From positions 25,112,001-25,176,000 of the forward strand of contig CM059433.1 in the NCBI GenBank assembly GCA_030390025.1: a DNA stretch of 64,000 nucleotides, given 5' to 3'. This DNA is from Squalus acanthias. Its lineage: Eukaryota. The notes beneath the pieces were generated by a model that worked only from the letters and a program-made list of their open reading frames with translations, made no database searches and was not told where the DNA came from. This document shows, piece after piece, positions 57,591 to 64,000 of the stretch. Position 1 is the stretch's first letter. Each line of letters begins with the position of its first letter. The position numbers and the translations under genes were made by a program.

Positions 57591-58642
57591 GGGCTAAGCC
57601 CAACTGCACTGGCATGTACCAGTGGGTCTCCCCTAATGACAGCATAACATGGCTCACTGAAACTGAAGAAAAGTTAACCAATAAAATTACAAACTCAAGC
57701 CAAAGGAATACAATCAGGAGAAAACAAAAGGAAAATTCCACATGGTTCCCACCAGTCATGGAAGGTTAATAGTGAGCCCAGCAACAATGCATGTTGGCAT
57801 TACATGAAAGGGTCTTACTTTCAATATTCAGTATGACGGATGAATCAAGCTAAATCCAACCGCAACAGATACAACAAGTGCCTCCTCTTAAAGGGGCAAT
57901 ACTATTAAAATTACAGTGAGGGAGATGATCCACTCAAACTAGTCTTAAGCTAAAGAAAACTAATAAAAAATAACTAAGATTATATAGGTCCTATTTTAAG
58001 TTTGGCCAGTGGGTCTCTGGGTCTGGGCAAAACCTAACCCCACTGGGCTTCAACAAGTGCCTCTCTTTAAAGGAGCAACACAACTAGAATCTCAAGGTGT
58101 TAAACAAAACAAAACTGGCAAAACCAGAATAACAAAAACAAATCAAAACAGATTGAATTCAAGGGAAAATTCCACGGAAGGCATCCTGACACTGCCTGTT
58201 GGTACTCAAGGGTCACCAAGGCAAGCGTCATGGTGTTCTATTTCAGATAGGCTGAAGTTCAACCTCACTGGGGCACAAGTGCCTTCCATTAAAGGGATGA
58301 CACCACTAAATTTACAGGGTATGATGACCCACCCAAGGAATATCAATTGAACAAGGTAACATTAAGGAACATCTTGAAAAGAGTCACCAGAACCTAAGTG
58401 AGTTTGGCATCAGACTCACCATGGAAAATGTGTACCACAAAAGCTCTTCATTTTAGGTGGACTTTGGCAGAATGAGGAAACAGTTCATGGAGTTAATTGG
58501 AATATATTGTTAGACAGCCAAAGCTTGGTGGAGATGTGGTGTACTTTTAAAAGCACAATGTAGGAATTACAAAGTCAATTTATACAAATGGACAAGAAAC
58601 ACAACAGGAATAAGAGGAAACCTATGTGAGAAAGAAAGGAAG

Positions 58643-61600
58643 TCTTCTTCTTTCCTATGGTAGTAGCAAAGCAAATCAAATGTCAATATCTAAGTTGGAT
58701 ATCCAGGCCAAAGCATCAGGTGTAACAGTGTGGATATCTTGTAGGCTGCCTGTGAATTTCCTCTGAGGGCAGTGCTCAATGATGTGCTCCAGGGTCTGAT
58801 TAGGAGCTCCACATTCGCATGATGGGGATGCTTTAATCTTCCATCTATGGAGAATGTGTCAGCATCTTCCATGACTGCTTCTGAGGCGGTTGATGGTTGT
58901 CCACTGTTTGCGAGGAAGGTTTGATCCTTCAGGTTGTACTGTGGGGTCCTCTATAAGGAATCCATTCCATATGTCGCAGTTCTTCCAAGCATTTCACCAT
59001 CAGTCATTGTAAGGGATTCTGACCCTGCGTGTCTCGCAGCCTGTGAGATTCACGCGGCTCTGTGCAGCCTGTATGTCAGTGCGGGTCTAGGCCTTGCTGC
59101 CTGTTCTGGTCTCCAGCCAGTCTGGGAACACTAGACACACCTGTGAGTGGTTCGAATCACTCGCCCTTACGGTTCTAGACACTGGACTTAGATGCGAGAG
59201 CAGTAATGGAGATGAAACTCATGTAGACTCGGTTGAATGGTACGAAATGGAAAATCTTTATTGCATGATATTTAAGATTATGAAATACATGTCATAAGCA
59301 CAGATTAATGACAGTACAATCTTACAAGCAGTTATATAGCTGATCCTAGGGAAACGAGGAACGAACGACACACCGTAAATAGGGGCGCACATTACAAGTA
59401 TCCTTAATACTTAAACCCTCCCCTATCAATATCTATCCTAACTAGATTCGTAGGATTTCGAGACTCATGCTCACCACTCGTGATAACTCGGAGAAATTCC
59501 GAATAGCTGATCGGATGTTTTTCACCGCAGCACCCACGTGTCGGTCAGGAGATCTCCTGGTCCCACTTGTTTACTTGCTTCTGTTGCTCCGGCTAGCAGG
59601 CTGGACCGTCTGCTGTGATGAAGACCTGTGTTGGTTGGTTTAACAGGTACTTTTCCGAGCACAGTTCAGTCAATATCATCGATGTGATATCGTTCTTTGC
59701 AAGTTCGAAGAAGTCTCCCTGGCAAGGAAAACTTGGCTATTCGACCTACAGGCGCGGTCGGGATTTACTGACCGTGGCGATGAATATGGTCTTCCTCTCT
59801 TCTCATCTCATCTCATCTCATCTCGGGCCTTTGGTTCCGCTGCCAGTTACCAACATAGGTCTTCGTTACGCGACACGAGGTAGATCCGAACGGATCAGAA
59901 AGTTCAACAGTCCTTTTCAAAGAGACATCAGGCAAGCAGGAGCCCGACTACGAGTACACAGGAGCAGCCACGAGGTTACGAGAATAATAAGAGCACAGGA
60001 GCAGCCACGAGGATAAGCGAATAAGAGAAAGATGGACGGTTTGGAGCCTGCAATTATAGTGCAAAATCTTCCGTTTCCCGCCCAACCTTAATGTCCTGTC
60101 TTTTGTTAAGGGTCTGGCGCTCAAATGTCTTGTATGGGTGATCTCCGTTCTTAATGGGTTTCGGGGCTACTCGTAAATGTCTGAGTACCTGTTAATATTT
60201 CTCCCATTGTTAAATCGGTCGGTGTTCTCCCCGGAGGGGCCGTGGGGCTTCCAAGTGTTTTGTATAACTACCTGCTAACGGCTCTCTCATCGTAGAGTCG
60301 TTGGGATTTTACATATTAATGTCTTTTGGATGGGCCCTTGATTACTCGGTACAATAGCTTTCATTCGTACCTGGGAGACCGATTTCAGTATTTATGTGTA
60401 TACTGCAAACCCATAATGTCTCGTGTATTATCTTCACTGTGCTGAATCTTAATCGATCTTGCACAAATGTTTATTGGAACGCCATCTTGTCTGCCTGTTG
60501 AAAAGTCTAGAATGTTCTGTCACGAGGTGCGGCGGCCATTTTACAGGCTGCTTGTGTCCACTTTGAACAACCTGGCAGCATTCTGTTGAAATAAAAGCTG
60601 TTTGAACGAAACTCTGTGTTTTCTCCTTATTACATAAAATCGCGATATATTGCGAATTCTACATCATCAAGGCTGAGGGGAGATCACTGAAGGGCTTCAG
60701 CGACGGTCCAAAATGGCCTTCTAGATTTGAGACGGGTTGGTGGTAGGTTGTTCAAGTCGACCTGGATCTGCATGTCTTTGCTGGTGTAGCAGTTGTATTC
60801 TCTGGAGACTGCATATTCGCGGAGTAGGTGTGGTGGTGCGATGTGTGCAAGCACGGGCAGCCAAGATGTTGGTGTCGATAAAAGCGTAACAGTGATAATT
60901 CTCATAGTAGAATTCAGCTGGACATCAATGGATTTGACATGTGGACTCGATAGCCATGCCGGAGAACAGTACTCCGCTGTAGAGTACACCAGGGCGAGTG
61001 CTGCCATACAGAGGGTTTGAGCGTCTGCTCCCCATGTGGATACAGCGAGTTTCTGGATCAAGTTGACCCTACTCTTTAGTTTCTTCCCAAGGTTCTGGAG
61101 ATGTTGTCTATATGACAGGGTGCGATCAAGCGTGACTCCTAAATAAGACGTTTTTTGGCATAGTTTACCTCTGCGCCGCAAAAGGAGACTTTCAAAGCTT
61201 GGTTTACTTGATGGGTGTTGAGGTGGAATGTCGAGATGACGGTCTTTTGCGGGTTTGGCCGAAGTCGCCATCGGCGGAAGTAGGCCTCCATCCTCTGTAA
61301 ATCACAGGGCCGGGTCTCTTCGGTGATGTTTCATGTTTTGCGTGGCCAAGGCAATGTCATCAGCGTATACGAACTTGCGGGACTCTGTTTTGGGCAGGTC
61401 ACTGGTCTAGACATTGAATAACATGGGTGCCAGGACAGAAGCCTGTGGGAGTCCGTTGTTCAATGTCCTATATCTGTTCTTCTGGGTGCCAGAGTACACA
61501 CGGAAGCGTCGGTTGCTAAGCATGGAGTTGAGAAGGTGGATTGTTGTTCTGCAGGGTAAAATGGTGGAGAGCTTGAAAAGCAGTCCATGCTTCCATACTG

Positions 61601-61714
61601 TGTCATACGCTGTCGACAGGTCCACGAGTGCTACGGCGGTCTTGAGCTGGCGCTGGAAGCCTGCTTCGATGTGCGTTGTTAGAGCTACCACTTGGTCGCA
61701 GCAGTTACGGCCGC
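58643..61714 (-). mobile_element. Ingi/Vingi-like LINE (RT plus C-terminal CCHC), 5'-truncated and split by a solo LTR
   Basis: ALTTHIEAGFQ..VDLSTAYDTVW, NGLPQASVLAP, YLGVTLDRTL and WGADAQTL. Beyond the LTR it continues LPRKQWTTINRLR...SPSCECGAPNQTLEHIIEHCP. Clade assigned from memory. Confidence 0.8.
59008..60663 (-). mobile_element. Solo LTR of the provirus family
   Basis: Reverse complement of TGTAGAATTCGC...CCCTTACA, TCAT TSD (59004-59007 / 60664-60667). Confidence 0.96.
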
Positions 61715-62299
61715 TGTAAGGAATAAGGACAAAAGTAGAGGGTATTCCTCAGATATAGACCTTCAGGTTTATTGGTAGGCAGACAGGAATATAAGGATAG
61801 GGTTATACAATTGCTTAAAAAATTTGTTAGACAGGCATAAGTAGAAAAGAGATTAGGGGTGAGAAATTGGAACTCATTGCACCTATTTTTTGGACGAAGA
61901 GCATTGGGGGATGAGTTTTGGGTCACGATCTCTCGCACTCAATCCTATCCTGTTCTGTGCTGGCAGCCACATTGAAAGGTGGGTCTTCCAAGTGTGCAGG
62001 CCCCCCCCATGAAACAGGCATTTGGCATCTTGAATCTCCATGTGAGCCAGCTTAGCATCAGAGTCCGCCAAATTTCCTAAGGTCCCATACAGCGAGCTGC
62101 ATCGGGATACTTGATTGGCGGGTTTATGAAGATAAGGCCGCAGGCCCAATTTCGAGCAGGACTCAGGATTCCTTTTTGGAATTTTAAGTGATTTTTTTTC
62201 ATGATATCTGACTATTTTTGAATTCTTATTCTCACTGAGAGCAGATGATAACAAATTGCATTGATATTTAATGCAGAAAAATGCTAAAGGCTCTTCATG

Positions 62300-62510
62300 A
62301 TGGCTTAAGAAAAATGAATGCCAAGCTAAAGAAGGAGAGATTAGGAGGGGCGACCACAAGCTTGGTCAAAGTGGTGGGTGTAAGGAGGGTCGTGAATGAG
62401 TAGAGGGAGGCAGATATATAGAGGGATTTAGGGAGGGAATTCCAGAGCATAGGGCATTGTCGGCTGAAGGTACGGCCACCAATGGTGGGAGGAAGGGAGG
62501 GAGGATGCAC
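62300..62510 (-). mobile_element. L2-type LINE 3' fragment
   Basis: TIGGRTFS...LWNSLP, the typical L2 ORF2 C-terminus. Confidence 0.6.
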
Positions 62511-64000
62511 AAGAGTAATGGAGAGTTGGGAATGGAATCATTCTGAACACACATATCAGAGTTATTTCTAAAACAATGTACAGTTCACCCAGCACAGTAT
62601 TTTCTTTCTATATAAAACAAGCCATTGATAGAATGTAATGAGAAAGCCTATTAAATTTTAATACTAACACATGACAGTCCTTGAAACAGATTCCATTCTA
62701 TGACTGGGGAGTATCTGTCTGGGGGTGTATTGTGGGGGAGGTATCCCACGTAGTGATGACTGCCTGACAACCACGCTCAGTTGCACTATTGTCCAAGCGA
62801 GTCAGGAAAACTCAGCCATGGTGAGAGGTGAAGGGCCCCAGCAACACGAAGATGAGAGGGCTTCTTGTGTCCTCCGGAACGCTCTTACTGGGGTTTGGGC
62901 CTTCAGATGCTCTTTTAGCTGGGGTGTGGGCGGCGGGGGGGGTAGAAGTGTTGTCATGGAAGGCAGTGGAACGTGGAACTATCTCCATGGGGCAAGGGAG
63001 GGCTCTGGACTTGCTGGTATGTCACTGCACCTGAATATGTTGAGGAGGGCAGTTGAAGCCTACACTAAGCTAGAATGGTCATTCCACAGATGATCTCGGA
63101 AAAAATTACAGCAGCGTTCTTTGCTGCATTGAGATAAAGAGTGGATGGGCTTTCAGGAATTTATTAACTGGAACAAACTGTTTGTGTAGTGATATTAGAA
63201 CTGAAAGTGCTAGAGTAACAGCATGCAAAGTAATAAAACAGTATATTTTATAGATACTGTTAGCCAAATGAAATGTACCTGTGTCTAAATATAATTTGGG
63301 TTCAGACCTGTCAAATCAGACACATATATTTAAAAATCAATGTAATCGTTATTCATGACAAACTTCAAGTACCAGCAAAGCAGCAACATGACCATAGCAG
63401 AAAGAGGACATTGCACTACGTTTATGCTATGAGGCAACCCTACCAAGGGGACACTGTGATTATCTCTGTCCCAGGTACTATGTCAACAATGGCCTTCTTT
63501 CTTCTGTGGAAGATTCACTGCAGGTTCCTGTCTAGGTATAGACTCTCTGGCTGGAAAATTCGGCTCCATAGCGCCCGCTGTTTGGGGCCTACGGGTGCTG
63601 TTTTGGGTCCAAAATGGCGTCCGTGGCACGTGCGCACACTTCTGGTGCAGGGTTGCGCCGGACGCCATCTTGGGTAGGGCGTTAGCATGGGCGCAGGGAG
63701 TCTGTGCCTGAAGTATGCAGAGTAGGCAGATTGTGATGTCAATCAGCATGCAACACTAATTTGACACCAGTGATGCCATTTTGGAGCTCAACGCTCCAAC
63801 TAGCGCCCTCTCTTAAGCTCACACAGCTGAACATGCTTTCAGCAGCAGGAAGGACTCCCCCTCCCCCCACCAGCGCTATTTAAAGGGATCATCAACTACT
63901 TACAGGTTAGTTGCTGATTGATTTCTACTGCGCTGGGCTTGAGGAGTTAGCTAAAAAATGTCTACTGTCAATATATGTATTTTATATTACTCATTATTTA

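Overview
Eukaryotic, repeat-saturated DNA. The mix of CR1 LINEs, a Deu-type SINE, Penelope and abundant Harbinger relics suggests a cartilaginous fish (inference). No host gene was recognised. The centrepiece is a very young 9.1-kb LTR provirus (3276-12419) with apparently identical 1573-bp LTRs, a 4-bp TSD and a tRNA-Ser-like PBS that overlaps the gag ATG. Its intact gag carries ESCRT late-domain motifs and a CCHC knuckle. The gag stop is a UGA-CUAG readthrough signal with a 3' stem-loop, and it opens in frame into a non-enzymatic coiled-coil ORF where pol would be expected; no protease, RT or integrase motif was seen. The intact env combines an Ig-like domain with a paramyxo/pneumovirus-F-like class I fusogen (lokiretrovirus-like by inference). 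Two diverged solo LTRs of the same family lie at 36761-38383 and 59008-60663. The rest consists of nested PIF/Harbinger relics and MITEs, CR1, L2-type, Vingi-like and Penelope retroelements (the last with a minimal hammerhead ribozyme), SINEs and a 19-bp minisatellite. All comparisons were made by eye, and the boundaries of decayed repeats are approximate.
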